From IMG/VR virus record IMGVR_UViG_3300045988_175656: 64,000 nt of DNA, one strand, 5' to 3'. Within the stretch, counting starts at the first letter, position 1; every line of letters starts with the position of its first letter. The DNA is from a virus. The notes beneath the pieces were generated by a model. The model saw nothing but the letters and a program-made list of their open reading frames with translations, was not told the origin of the DNA and did no database searches. Shown piece by piece: positions 51,173 through 61,489 of this stretch. The position numbers and the translations under genes were made by a program.

Positions 51173-51937
51173 TTATACTACTGTTTTAATAATTAAATTA
51201 TCTCTTTCATCTTTAGTTTTAGTTCCACCCCAAAAAGCTTCACCTGATGAAATTATATAACTATCATTATATTCATCTTTGAAACATAATGTATCTTCAT
51301 AGAGAAATAATCCATGTGGATATTCCCCAAGATACATCTCCTTACCATTCTTAAAATTTAATTTAATTTCATCATGCCAACAATCTTCTTTTTTAAGTTC
51401 TTCAACAGCATCTTTTATTTTTTTGAAAATTGAAAAAATATCTAAATCACTAGTATTAACAACTACAAAACTAAATGCTCTTTGAGTAAAAGAATCATAT
51501 CCAAGAAGTTTATCCCATTTTTTACGTCTATTATTCCATTCCCTATTTGAAATATTATCAGGTTTATCACATTGATTTTGGTAATGATAATCTTCAACAA
51601 ATGGTTCTATCATTTCAAAATATTCTTTCTGATGGTCAGCAAAATAATAGCCATAAACATAACCATTTTTCTCTGGTATTAGCGAAATTGTAAAATTGAA
51701 ATTAATACTTAATAATGTTCTACAATCAGAGTTTAAATCAGTTACTAACGCTTTGTATATCTTATGACAATCAGCACCAATAAGATTATTTAGAATAATA
51801 AATGATTTTATTTCTTCAATAGTTAAAAGCTCATTAGCTATTTTAACAGCATCTTTTCTAATTGAAATTAATTGTTGTAATATGTCGCCCATATTACGGG
51901 ATTTAAAACGAATCCCATTATATAATTTTGTACTCAT
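51173..51937 (-). CDS. hypothetical protein
   Basis: ORF track. Confidence 0.7.
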   Translation of the reverse strand: MSTKLYNGIRFKSRNMGDILQQLISIRKDAVKIANELLTIEEIKSFIILNNLIGADCHKIYKALVTDLNSDCRTLLSINFNFTISLIPEKNGYVYGYYFADHQKEYFEMIEPFVEDYHYQNQCDKPDNISNREWNNRRKKWDKLLGYDSFTQRAFSFVVVNTSDLDIFSIFKKIKDAVEELKKEDCWHDEIKLNFKNGKEMYLGEYPHGLFLYEDTLCFKDEYNDSYIISSGEAFWGGTKTKDERDNLIIKTVV

Positions 51938-51939
51938 AT

Positions 51940-53910
51940 CTAATTAAAATAATCATAAGTTACTATTTGTTTGTTTAACTTTTTGGCTGTTGTTGTCTTA
52001 GATGATTTGCTTTCAATATCATCAGTAACCAAATAATCACAATCTTTTACTGATACTTCATCAACAACATATTCTTTATTTTCCAAGAATTTAATAAATT
52101 CCCCCTTAGATGAAAAATTGAATTTTTTTGGTGAACCAGTTAAACATAATTTAATTATATTACCTTCTCTTTTTTTAACAAATTCAATAGGAAGTCCATG
52201 CATTACAATATCTTCACATAAATTGTTAAATGTTGTTAATTTAGAGTGGTCATTATCATTTTTATCCCATCCATACACAACTTTCTTTTCCAACCCAGTA
52301 AAAGAATAATCAACTCCTGATAACTTCTTGGCGATTTCTTTAACAGTTTTCCCACCAATAGACATACCATCTAAAGACATGAAACTAATCACTTGTTCAA
52401 CAGTTAATTTTTTAAGATTATTTAATTGTTTAACAAAGTTTTCAAGTATTTTTCCTTCTTTCATTCCACAATCAATTAAATAATCAGTTGTAACATCGCC
52501 ATCATCATGATTTGTTATATAAAATGAAGCAGGTTCTTTAACTTTATTAAATAATTCTTCTAAAAAAGCATCTCCAACCCCATCCAATTCAAGAACATTC
52601 ATTGAGTTAATGAATTTAAATAATTTTTTACCTTCACAATCATCATTAGGACAATGTAAATGAGTATTATTAACAATTTCTAATTGAGAACCACAATGAG
52701 GGCATACAGTTGGCATCTCAAACGTTTCAATTGCTGGGACATCAACTGATGTAATCTGTGGAATAATATCACCTGATTTAACTAATGTTACAATTGCGCC
52801 TACACCAATTTTATTATCAATAATATATTTGTAATTATAACCACTAGTTTTTGATACTATTGACCCATCAAGTTCTACTGGTTTAAGCAAAACAACAGGT
52901 GTAAAATTTCCTGTTTTCCCCATTTTAATTTCAAAGCCTTCAACAGATGTTGAAGCATTTTCAGGTTTAAACTTAATTGCTAACGCCCATTTAGGGTGAT
53001 GTGCAGTTTCTCCAACATAATCACGTTGTGAAGAATTTATTTTAGCCACCATACCATCTAAACGATATGGACTTTCATTATGTTTAAAATCTTCATATTC
53101 TTTAAAGACTCTTTCAAACTTTTCTTTACTCATACTAAGATGTTCATAATTTAAACATAAATCTTTGTAATGAGCAAATCCCCAGTTTCTAATATCATTA
53201 ATATCCCAATAAATTATTTTACCATTTGATAACACTTCATGCATTTCAACAGGTATCAAATGAATTTCTGATATTTGTTCTAAAGTTGCGTCATCATTAT
53301 TTAACAATCCAGCAACATAGTTTCTTTCATTAGAAAATCTTTTAGCATTTTCTTCTTCAGTCAATTCAGGCAAACGGGCATATTTTTCAGCAAATATTCT
53401 TTTTTCAATAACAGCTTCACATCTTACTTCTACAATATTATCAGTAATAGGTATTGATAAAGGAATTTGTGTTTTATCTATTCTTGATAAATAATCTCTA
53501 CCAAGAATACCATCACCTCGTGATAACGCCTTTGTTAAAATACCATTTTCATATACTAAATTAACAGCATTTCCATCAAGTTTTTGAGACCATTCAATTG
53601 TCACTAAATCTTTACCAATAACAGATTTGATATTATCATACCAAGCTTTAAATAATTCCCAAGGTGCTTCACCTGTTGATTTGTCAGCCTGTATTTTTTC
53701 CAATGAACCCATTTTAGATGGATGTGGAAACTTAGCTTTTCTATCCCAAGAACCAACTTTCTTGACAACTTCTGAACCATTATCTTTTAACCATTGTTCA
53801 AGTTCATCAAATGCACTATCTTCCATTATTGGTTCTTCATTATAATACATCTCCTTCGCTTTAATATATAAAGCTTCTCTTTCTGCTAATTTATCAATAT
53901 TCATCATCAC
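51940..53910 (-). CDS. ligA: NAD-dependent DNA ligase
   Basis: Adenylation motif SQKLDGNAV, Cys4 zinc finger CPHCGSQLE...HCPNDDC, C-terminal BRCT-like segment. Confidence 0.9.
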   Translation of the reverse strand: MMMNIDKLAEREALYIKAKEMYYNEEPIMEDSAFDELEQWLKDNGSEVVKKVGSWDRKAKFPHPSKMGSLEKIQADKSTGEAPWELFKAWYDNIKSVIGKDLVTIEWSQKLDGNAVNLVYENGILTKALSRGDGILGRDYLSRIDKTQIPLSIPITDNIVEVRCEAVIEKRIFAEKYARLPELTEEENAKRFSNERNYVAGLLNNDDATLEQISEIHLIPVEMHEVLSNGKIIYWDINDIRNWGFAHYKDLCLNYEHLSMSKEKFERVFKEYEDFKHNESPYRLDGMVAKINSSQRDYVGETAHHPKWALAIKFKPENASTSVEGFEIKMGKTGNFTPVVLLKPVELDGSIVSKTSGYNYKYIIDNKIGVGAIVTLVKSGDIIPQITSVDVPAIETFEMPTVCPHCGSQLEIVNNTHLHCPNDDCEGKKLFKFINSMNVLELDGVGDAFLEELFNKVKEPASFYITNHDDGDVTTDYLIDCGMKEGKILENFVKQLNNLKKLTVEQVISFMSLDGMSIGGKTVKEIAKKLSGVDYSFTGLEKKVVYGWDKNDNDHSKLTTFNNLCEDIVMHGLPIEFVKKREGNIIKLCLTGSPKKFNFSSKGEFIKFLENKEYVVDEVSVKDCDYLVTDDIESKSSKTTTAKKLNKQIVTYDYFN

Positions 53911-54430
53911 TATTTAAATTTGGTATTTCTATTTTAGTAATATCGGCTCTTATGTTCAAAGCTTTTAATAATTGGAAGATTGAAATCTTATTTTCAACAC
54001 CTTCAAATACAACTTTATCTTCAAACAACAATTTAACATTACCATTTGATTCATCTAATTCAACATGATAAATGGTATTGTTGGTTTCTTCAACAGGTTT
54101 ATTTCTTTCTTCTATAATCATCAAACGACTATTCTCCAATTCATTCAAATCAGTATCAGGTAAACGAACTACATTGTGTTTAGGATTACCATTTACATCT
54201 TTAACAATAATATATTTGTTTAATGCTTTACCTTGTGACAAATCACTCCTAAACATCAAATAATCATTTACATCTATTTTTTCATAAAGATAGCTTCTTC
54301 CACCTTTGAATACTATTTTCAAATCCTTCAAATCATTATCTTTATCATAACACTCTGAATATAAGACATTTGAACTATCATACCATGTATAATCTACATT
54401 ATCTTTATATATGTTTAAAATTGCACTCAT
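53894..54430 (-). CDS. KTSC-domain-like protein
   Basis: LKIVFKGGRSYLYEKIDVNDYLMFRSDLSQGKALNKYI resembles the KTSC signature. Confidence 0.55.
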   Translation of the reverse strand: MSAILNIYKDNVDYTWYDSSNVLYSECYDKDNDLKDLKIVFKGGRSYLYEKIDVNDYLMFRSDLSQGKALNKYIIVKDVNGNPKHNVVRLPDTDLNELENSRLMIIEERNKPVEETNNTIYHVELDESNGNVKLLFEDKVVFEGVENKISIFQLLKALNIRADITKIEIPNLNSDDEY

Positions 54431-54450
54431 ATTTTATTCTTTAGTCAATG

Positions 54451-54458
54451 CAAATATA
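54451..54458 (-). promoter_or_regulatory. -7 box TAtaTTTG (class II)
   Basis: Minus strand reads gtcgTATATTTGCAttgac. Confidence 0.55.
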
Positions 54459-54555
54459 CGACTTATTTTTTATATTTCCCACATAATTCAATATTTTAGG
54501 TCATTATCTTTACTTTTTAACCATTTTTATGTATATTGTAATAAAAAATTAGAAT

Positions 54556-57027
54556 ATGAATCCAATAAACAAATCTTTCTCAGATGATTTGACTAATATT
54601 TTAAAATATATAGAAACCACATTAATCAATGAGTTTCCCTCAAAAAACATAGTATCTGAATATTTCATTGTAGGAGTATTAGAAAATAAAAATTGTCTTG
54701 CTTATGCTGCATTAGAAGAATGCTTAATGACAGAAATCATCAAAAGTATTGTTGATGAATATAGTTACTATTTAAGCCAAAATCCGACTCCATTAAACCA
54801 GTTTGATATACCAAGATTTAGTGAAAATTTTAATGAATATATAATTCAGGCTAATGTTGAAAGAGTAAAACACAATCATGAAAAGGTCAATACATTACAT
54901 ATGATATTATCTATGTTATTTATTGATGGAAAAATAAAAGAAATGTTTAGTAAAGTTGGCTTAACATATGATATGTTTGAAAATTATATTATGAACAATA
55001 ACCTTGTTGAAGAAGTTGAAACAAAGCCAAAACAACTACCAGCAAAGGTTAAAAGTATAAGTTCATCTCAAATATTGAAAGCGAGAAAAGCACAAAAAAC
55101 CACATTAATTGATACATATTCACAAAATCTTAATGATTTGGCTTCAAAAGGCAAAATTGATAAAATTGTTGGAAGAGAAAAAGAAATTGGACAAATGTTT
55201 AATATTCTTGGTCGAAGAAATAAAAACAACTTAATATTAGTTGGAAATGGCGGTGTTGGTAAAACAGCTATTTGTCGCCATTTGGCTAATTTGATTGTTG
55301 AGAAAAAAGCTCCTGTGGCTTATCATAAGAAAAAAATTGTTCAAATGGATATTTCAGCAATGATTGCAGGTGCTAATTTCAGAGGAATGTTTGAAGAACG
55401 CTTGAAAGGGTTTTTAGAAGAAGTAAAAAATGATAAAAATTACATAATTTTTATTGATGATATTCATAATGCTTTAAGTGAAAAAAACCAAGCAGGAGAT
55501 GTAAATGTCGCATCTATGTTAAACAATGTATTAATTGATGGTGATATTCAAGTAATTGGAACGACTAATTTTAAAGATTATAAAAACACAATAGAAAATA
55601 ACAGTTCATTATCAAGACGTTTTCAGAAAATTGTTATTGAGCCATCATCTATTAACGAATCTATAACTATTCTTAATGGTTGTAAAGAGTATTATGAAAC
55701 ATATCATAATGTAAAATATACCAATGAAGCTATTAAATCATGTGTATTATTAGCAAACAGATATATTTCAGATAGAAACCTTCCTGATTCTGCAATAGAT
55801 TTACTTGATGAATCAGCATCTAGGGTTGTTCTGAAAATTAAAGACACACCTGAAATAACTAATATTAAAGAAGAATTATTAAGAATTAAAGATGAAAAAA
55901 GAAAAATTCTTAGTAATGAAACTTATGAAGGTATTTCTGATTTAAATGCTAAAGAAAACACACTAAAAATTAAATTGTCATTATTAGAAAAAAATAATCG
56001 TTATAATACAGAACAAAGAACTGTATATGATAATGATGTTTGTGAATTAGTATCAGAAAAAACATCAATACCTATCACTAAATTAAGCACAACAGAAAAA
56101 TCATCATTGAAAAATATTAATGAAATATTAAAAAGTAGCATTATTGGACAAGATGATGCTATTGATAAAATTTGTCAAGTTGTTAAAAGAAATAGAGTTG
56201 GATTGTCAAATAAAAATAAGCCTATTGTAATGTTTTTAGGTGGTCCTACTGGTGTTGGAAAAACATTAATAGCTAAAAAACTATCTAAAGAAGTTTTTGG
56301 TGATGAAAAATATTTGGTTAGACTTGATATGTCTGAATATGCTGAAAAAAGTTCTATTACTAAATTGATTGGTTCTGCACCTGGATATGTTGGTTATGAT
56401 AACGGTGGTCAACTGACTGAAATCATTAAAAATAAAAAATATTGTGTGCTATTATTAGATGAAATTGAAAAAGCAAATCAAGAAATCTATAATGTATTTT
56501 TACAATTGTTTGATGAAGGTTGTTTAACAGATAATACAGGGGCTAAAATTGATTTTAAAAATGTAATAATTCTATTAACATCAAATACAGGAGCAAAACA
56601 AGTATCAGATTTTGGTGGTGGCTTAGGGTTAGTAAGAAATGAACAAATTAATACAAAAACAATCATTCAAAAAGAATTAAAAAAGAAATTCCCACCTGAA
56701 TTTATTAATCGTATTGACGATATTATTTATTTCAATAAATTAACAGATGATAATATTAAAGACATTATTCGTTTGGAATTACATAATCTTGATAATAGAT
56801 TAATTGAAATCGGATTTTCATTAGAAAATGAATTTTATAACGAAACATTTGTGAATTTTTTGTTTGATAAAATAAAAGACCAATCAGAATATGGTGCTAG
56901 ACCTGTATTAAGAATTATTCAAGAGTTTCTTGAAAATCCTATTACTGATTTAATGTTAGACATGGATGATGATGAAGTTAATGGCGATAATGTAATAATA
57001 TTAAAAACTGAAAATTTTATTAAATAA
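54556..57027 (+). CDS. ClpA/ClpC-like two-ring AAA+ unfoldase
   Basis: NBD1 GNGGVGKTA with Walker B IIFIDDIH. NBD2 GGPTGVGKT with Walker B VLLLDEIEKA. Short coiled-coil linker. GGGLGLVRN loop sits where ClpA has its IGL ClpP-docking loop. PEFINRID also present. Confidence 0.9.
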   Translation: MNPINKSFSDDLTNILKYIETTLINEFPSKNIVSEYFIVGVLENKNCLAYAALEECLMTEIIKSIVDEYSYYLSQNPTPLNQFDIPRFSENFNEYIIQANVERVKHNHEKVNTLHMILSMLFIDGKIKEMFSKVGLTYDMFENYIMNNNLVEEVETKPKQLPAKVKSISSSQILKARKAQKTTLIDTYSQNLNDLASKGKIDKIVGREKEIGQMFNILGRRNKNNLILVGNGGVGKTAICRHLANLIVEKKAPVAYHKKKIVQMDISAMIAGANFRGMFEERLKGFLEEVKNDKNYIIFIDDIHNALSEKNQAGDVNVASMLNNVLIDGDIQVIGTTNFKDYKNTIENNSSLSRRFQKIVIEPSSINESITILNGCKEYYETYHNVKYTNEAIKSCVLLANRYISDRNLPDSAIDLLDESASRVVLKIKDTPEITNIKEELLRIKDEKRKILSNETYEGISDLNAKENTLKIKLSLLEKNNRYNTEQRTVYDNDVCELVSEKTSIPITKLSTTEKSSLKNINEILKSSIIGQDDAIDKICQVVKRNRVGLSNKNKPIVMFLGGPTGVGKTLIAKKLSKEVFGDEKYLVRLDMSEYAEKSSITKLIGSAPGYVGYDNGGQLTEIIKNKKYCVLLLDEIEKANQEIYNVFLQLFDEGCLTDNTGAKIDFKNVIILLTSNTGAKQVSDFGGGLGLVRNEQINTKTIIQKELKKKFPPEFINRIDDIIYFNKLTDDNIKDIIRLELHNLDNRLIEIGFSLENEFYNETFVNFLFDKIKDQSEYGARPVLRIIQEFLENPITDLMLDMDDDEVNGDNVIILKTENFIK

Positions 57028-57033
57028 TAATGA

Positions 57034-57066
57034 AAAACGAGAAATAGTTGGCATTTCTCGTTTTTT
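57034..57066 (+). terminator. rho-independent terminator
   Basis: CGAGAAAT (57038-57045) / ATTTCTCG (57053-57060) plus a T6 run. Confidence 0.75.
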
Positions 57067-57071
57067 AATTG

Positions 57072-57079
57072 TATATTTG
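57072..57079 (+). promoter_or_regulatory. -7 box TAtaTTTG (class II)
   Basis: ttgTATATTTGCAagg. Confidence 0.5.
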
Positions 57080-57150
57080 CAAGGTTTTAAAAGTAAAATG
57101 GCACAAAGAGTCATTAAATAATATTTATATTTAATAGAAAATATATAATA

Positions 57151-57528
57151 ATGGGTAAAAAAATAATAATTTCTGAAAATATTGAGAACTTATTCATTCA
57201 ATTAGCTTTGAATGAAGCGTTTTATCCAGAAGCTAATAAAGTGCTTATAATTAAAAATTATTTAGATAAAAACTTTATTAAATCCACTATTGATGATATA
57301 GATAACAATGGTTATCCAATCAAGACAAGAGTAGTTAGTATGAAAAATAGTAATGGAGATGCATTAAATACAATGACAACATCTCAGTTATTTTATTTGA
57401 TACAAGATAAATTTAAAAATATTTATCACAACAAAGAACAAAGAGATAAGTTAATCAAACAAGTTATCAAAGATTGGTGTGATGGGAAAATAAGTCGAGA
57501 AGGTATGCTATCAGTAAATTCTTATTAA
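57151..57528 (+). CDS. hypothetical protein
   Basis: ORF track. Confidence 0.65.
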   Translation: MGKKIIISENIENLFIQLALNEAFYPEANKVLIIKNYLDKNFIKSTIDDIDNNGYPIKTRVVSMKNSNGDALNTMTTSQLFYLIQDKFKNIYHNKEQRDKLIKQVIKDWCDGKISREGMLSVNSY

Positions 57529-57613
57529 TAATAAGGAAGTTTTGGCTGCTCTCCCAAAGAAAGCAGCCATTGTTATGTTTACACATGACATCTTCCACAC
57601 TAAATATAAATTA

Positions 57614-58048
57614 ATGCAAAAACTAAAACACATTTTATTAATTACTTTAATTGTTACTTGTTGTTCTTTAAAAGGACAATGTATTGAAAAAAATTTCGAT
57701 TGGAATAATGTAATATCAGCAATCGCTTATACAGAAAGTCGTTATGACCCTAATGCGGTATCAAAAACAGGAAATCATGTTGGATATTTACAAATATCAA
57801 AAATAATGATACGAGATTGCAATCGAATACTTGGTTATAACAAATATACTTATAAAGACAGATATAGTATTGAAAAATCCAAAGAAATTTTCCACTTAAT
57901 ACAAAAAACTTATAATCCGACAAATAATGTTGAAAAAGCTATAAGAATGTGGAATGGGGGTACTGGTTTTACCAAAGATGGTACTGAAGCGTATTATCAA
58001 AGAGTAAAAAGAAAATTAAATGCGTTAGAAAAGAGCAGGGATGAATAA
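57614..58048 (+). CDS. lytic transglycosylase (SLT-domain) with N-terminal signal/anchor
   Basis: AYTESRYDPNAVSKTGNHVGYLQIS. ORF track start 57542 is a TTG inside a hairpin (GGCTGCT/AGCAGCC), so the ATG at 57614 (MQKLKHILLITLIVTCCSL) is preferred. Confidence 0.75.
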   Translation: MQKLKHILLITLIVTCCSLKGQCIEKNFDWNNVISAIAYTESRYDPNAVSKTGNHVGYLQISKIMIRDCNRILGYNKYTYKDRYSIEKSKEIFHLIQKTYNPTNNVEKAIRMWNGGTGFTKDGTEAYYQRVKRKLNALEKSRDE

Positions 58049-58107
58049 TCCTTGCTTTTTTTTATTTATTTGCACCATTTTTTTGATATTTATAATAAAC
58101 AGAAATC

Positions 58108-58272
58108 ATGGAAAAAACTTTTAATGAAATTGAACAAATTGCAGAAGAAAAAGGTATCTTATTGGATGGGTGTGGTACAGATGTAAGATATTATACTTTT
58201 GGTGTATTTGTTGATTTGTGTGATTTAGATTATAAGGAACCAGAAATCCCTGATGATATGTTTACTAATTAA
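58108..58272 (+). CDS. small hypothetical protein (54 aa)
   Basis: Own translation MEKTFNEIEQIAEEKGILLDGCGTDVRYYTFGVFVDLCDLDYKEPEIPDDMFTN. Confidence 0.35.
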   Translation: MEKTFNEIEQIAEEKGILLDGCGTDVRYYTFGVFVDLCDLDYKEPEIPDDMFTN

Positions 58273-58295
58273 TAAATATTAAAAAATAATATACA

Positions 58296-61262
58296 ATGAT
58301 TGAAACAACTGAAAAACTTGTCGGTATAAAACAAGTATTACTACCTGAGTTTAAAGCAGCCGAAGAAGCTGGCACAACCAAAGGTTATATGTGGTTTGTT
58401 AGAGATAACAATATTACATTACATAACTATATCTATTTAGGCTCTCGTTTATATGGAGAAGCTGAAATTGAAGTTCCATTTGATAGTGTAATAACAAACA
58501 TTTTATCAGACAATTCAATAGTTGTAACAAAAACTTCTTCAGAAGAAGGAACAACAGTCGAATTGAAAATTAATTTAGACCCTAATGGTGGATTAACTCT
58601 TACTGAAAATGGTTTGCAAGTAGATATGTCTAAATTTATTTCTCAATCTGAATTAGACAAAGTAAAAGACGATATTAAAACTGTTAATGACAATTTAGTA
58701 ACTTCAATAAATACAATCAACCAAAATGTAGCTGATGGTTTCAACACTATTAATGGTGGTATTGAAAATGAAATTAAACCTGCAATAGCAGAAGCTAAGA
58801 AATTAACAGTTGATGAAACTGAAAGAGCACTTACTGCTGAAACTAATTTACAAACTAACATCAATGTTGAAACTACTGAAAGAAAAATTGATGTAGCAAA
58901 TTTACAAGGAAATATCAATATTGAGACTGAAAGGGCACTTGCTGCTGAAGCTGCATTAGCTGAAAAAGTAAAAGAAGTTGATGTTGATGAAATTAAAGCT
59001 GATATTAAAACAGTTAATGATAATTTAGTGACTGCTGTTAATACAATTAATCAAAATATGGCTGATGGTTTCAATACTATTAATGGTGGTATTGATAATG
59101 AAATAAGACCTGAATTAGCAAAAGCTGTTAAATATCAAGAATTTGATACTAATAGAAAAACTATTCAATTAGCTAACTTTGATACACTTTCAGGTATCAT
59201 GACTGATGGTGAGGGTGTGAATTTAGCAATGGTATCTAAATGGGATAAAGCTGACTTTGGTTCTACCAAACTTCCATTTAATATGAATGGTTCAGAAGAA
59301 AGACCAACATATAATGATACAAAAGAAGTTGCATTAATGGATGATATTAATAGTGAAATAACAAATGAATCTGACCGTGTTAATGCAATGATTGATGTTA
59401 TCAATGAAAGTATTAAAACAGTTAACGATAATTTGGTAGATGCTGTTAATACTATCAATGGCGGTATTGATAATGAAATAAGACCTGCTATTGAAGATTT
59501 AAAAGAAAACAAAGTTTCTTATGTAGAAGCCGAAAAAGAAGGTAAAAAATATAAAGTTATTCAATTGGATAATTATGCTAATTTAGTTGGTGAAGGTACT
59601 GATGAATTATCTGGTCAAACATTCAACATTGGTATGGTTTCTAAATGGAATAAAATTGATTTAGGTAGTGCATCATTAGAAATTAATTTAAATGGTAAAG
59701 CTAATAGACCAACATATAATGATACAAAAGAAATTGCATTAATAGAAGATGTTAATGGAAAAATTTCTTCTGTTGAATTAGTTCAAGATGTTGATAATCA
59801 ATTACATTATGAATTAATGGTTGATGGAGTTGTAAAAGGAGATATTAACATTCCTAAAGACCAATTCTTAAAAAATGTTGAATATGATGATACAACTAAA
59901 GAATTAGTATTTACATTTGATACAACTGATGGCGAAAAAGTGACAAAAGTTAATATTGGAGAATTAGTTGATACATACGAAGCAGGAAATGGTTTAGAAT
60001 TAAATGGAAACATATTTTCAATAAAATTAGACCCATCATCTCAATCATATATACAAGTAACTTCAGATGGTATTAAAATTATCGCTATTGATGAAGCAAT
60101 TTCAGAAATAAATGGAAAAATTACTGCTGAAGAAACACGTGCAAGTGGTGTTGAAGCTAAGTTAAGAACTGATGTTGATTATGAACATGAGAGAGCATTA
60201 GAAGCTGAAGCAAATATTAATAATGCTTTGGAAACAAAAGTAACTTGGGATGAAAGTAAATCTAAAATTGTATTACCTTCAGGTGGTCAAATAGTTGGTA
60301 CTAAATATGGCACAGATGGTAGTAATCCTGCTGATGGTGCAACTATTGCTCAATTAAGTCAATATGATATAATGGATTTTGGTTCTTCAAAATATCCATT
60401 AAACTTAAATGTACCAGCTGGTGTTAGAGTAACAGTTCAAGAACAAGGTCAATCAGGTGAAAATGCTAACAAAGTAGCTTATTTAAGTGATGTTGAGATT
60501 AAAGTTGATAAAGTAGATGGTAAAGGTTTATCAGAAGAAGATTTTACAACTGCATTAAAAACAAAACTTGAAGGTTTAAGTAATTATGATGATACAGATA
60601 TTAAAAATGATATAACATCATTAGATACTGCATATAAAACGGCTGATACAGCATTAGAAGAGAAAATCACTGCTAATGAACAAGCAATTGCAACTAAAGT
60701 TGATAAAGTAGATGGTATGGGTCTTTCGCAAGAAAGCTTCACAACTGTTGAAAAAACTAAACTTGAAGGGTTAAGTAATTATGATGATACTGCAATTAAA
60801 GCAAGTGTTGAAGAAAATAAAACTAACATTGCAGGCGTTAGAAGTGATTTAACTGCTGAAACAACTTTACAAGCCCAAAATTATGCAACTTTAACCAGAG
60901 ATTTAGGTTCTGAAATAACAAGAGCAACAAATAGAGAAAATACTATTGAAACAGCCGTTAATAACATAATAAACAATGGTTTAGCTTTACAAAATGGTAA
61001 ATCTATTACTGCATATCCAAATCCATCAGGTTCTAGCTCTCCTGTTGAAATATTAACAATTACATCTGGAAATGTTGTTAATGTTGGTTCTAATATTGGA
61101 ATTTTAGAGTTGGAAAGTAAAGGTGATATTGTAGCTATTTTAGATGGCGAAAGAAAAACAGTTGCAATTAAAGAAGATGTAGATAATTTAATTACTACCT
61201 TACAAACTACTATTGCTGCATTAACTACAAGAGTAGAAGCTTTAGAAGCTAAAAATCCTTAA
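58296..61262 (+). CDS. tail fibre with internally repeated modules
   Basis: Three copies of IKTVNDNLV..(I/V)NTIN...GGI(E/D)NEI(K/R)P, two copies of KVDKVDG(K/M)GLS.E.FTT..KTKLEGLSNYDDT.IK, and ERAL(T/A)AE coiled-coil repeats. Confidence 0.8.
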   Translation: MIETTEKLVGIKQVLLPEFKAAEEAGTTKGYMWFVRDNNITLHNYIYLGSRLYGEAEIEVPFDSVITNILSDNSIVVTKTSSEEGTTVELKINLDPNGGLTLTENGLQVDMSKFISQSELDKVKDDIKTVNDNLVTSINTINQNVADGFNTINGGIENEIKPAIAEAKKLTVDETERALTAETNLQTNINVETTERKIDVANLQGNINIETERALAAEAALAEKVKEVDVDEIKADIKTVNDNLVTAVNTINQNMADGFNTINGGIDNEIRPELAKAVKYQEFDTNRKTIQLANFDTLSGIMTDGEGVNLAMVSKWDKADFGSTKLPFNMNGSEERPTYNDTKEVALMDDINSEITNESDRVNAMIDVINESIKTVNDNLVDAVNTINGGIDNEIRPAIEDLKENKVSYVEAEKEGKKYKVIQLDNYANLVGEGTDELSGQTFNIGMVSKWNKIDLGSASLEINLNGKANRPTYNDTKEIALIEDVNGKISSVELVQDVDNQLHYELMVDGVVKGDINIPKDQFLKNVEYDDTTKELVFTFDTTDGEKVTKVNIGELVDTYEAGNGLELNGNIFSIKLDPSSQSYIQVTSDGIKIIAIDEAISEINGKITAEETRASGVEAKLRTDVDYEHERALEAEANINNALETKVTWDESKSKIVLPSGGQIVGTKYGTDGSNPADGATIAQLSQYDIMDFGSSKYPLNLNVPAGVRVTVQEQGQSGENANKVAYLSDVEIKVDKVDGKGLSEEDFTTALKTKLEGLSNYDDTDIKNDITSLDTAYKTADTALEEKITANEQAIATKVDKVDGMGLSQESFTTVEKTKLEGLSNYDDTAIKASVEENKTNIAGVRSDLTAETTLQAQNYATLTRDLGSEITRATNRENTIETAVNNIINNGLALQNGKSITAYPNPSGSSSPVEILTITSGNVVNVGSNIGILELESKGDIVAILDGERKTVAIKEDVDNLITTLQTTIAALTTRVEALEAKNP

Positions 61263-61462
61263 TTAAGATTATATAAATAATAAAGAGGGTAATCGAAACT
61301 AATTCTTTTACCCTCTTTTCTATTATACGCCTTTTTATTTTTATGGGGACGGTCTTTTGCTACCCACCGTCCACCATTTCTTTCTAGTTCTTCTTCTCTT
61401 GAAGCTTTTCTGTTAGCTTTAACATAATCTTCAATAGTTCCAATTTTAGTTTTTGCTTTCAT
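61259..61462 (-). CDS. small basic protein
   Basis: ORF track; Lys/Arg-rich. Confidence 0.5.
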   Translation of the reverse strand: MKAKTKIGTIEDYVKANRKASREEELERNGGRWVAKDRPHKNKKAYNRKEGKRISFDYPLYYLYNLN

Positions 61463-61489
61463 ATTAATAGTTTTATATCATATAAATAA

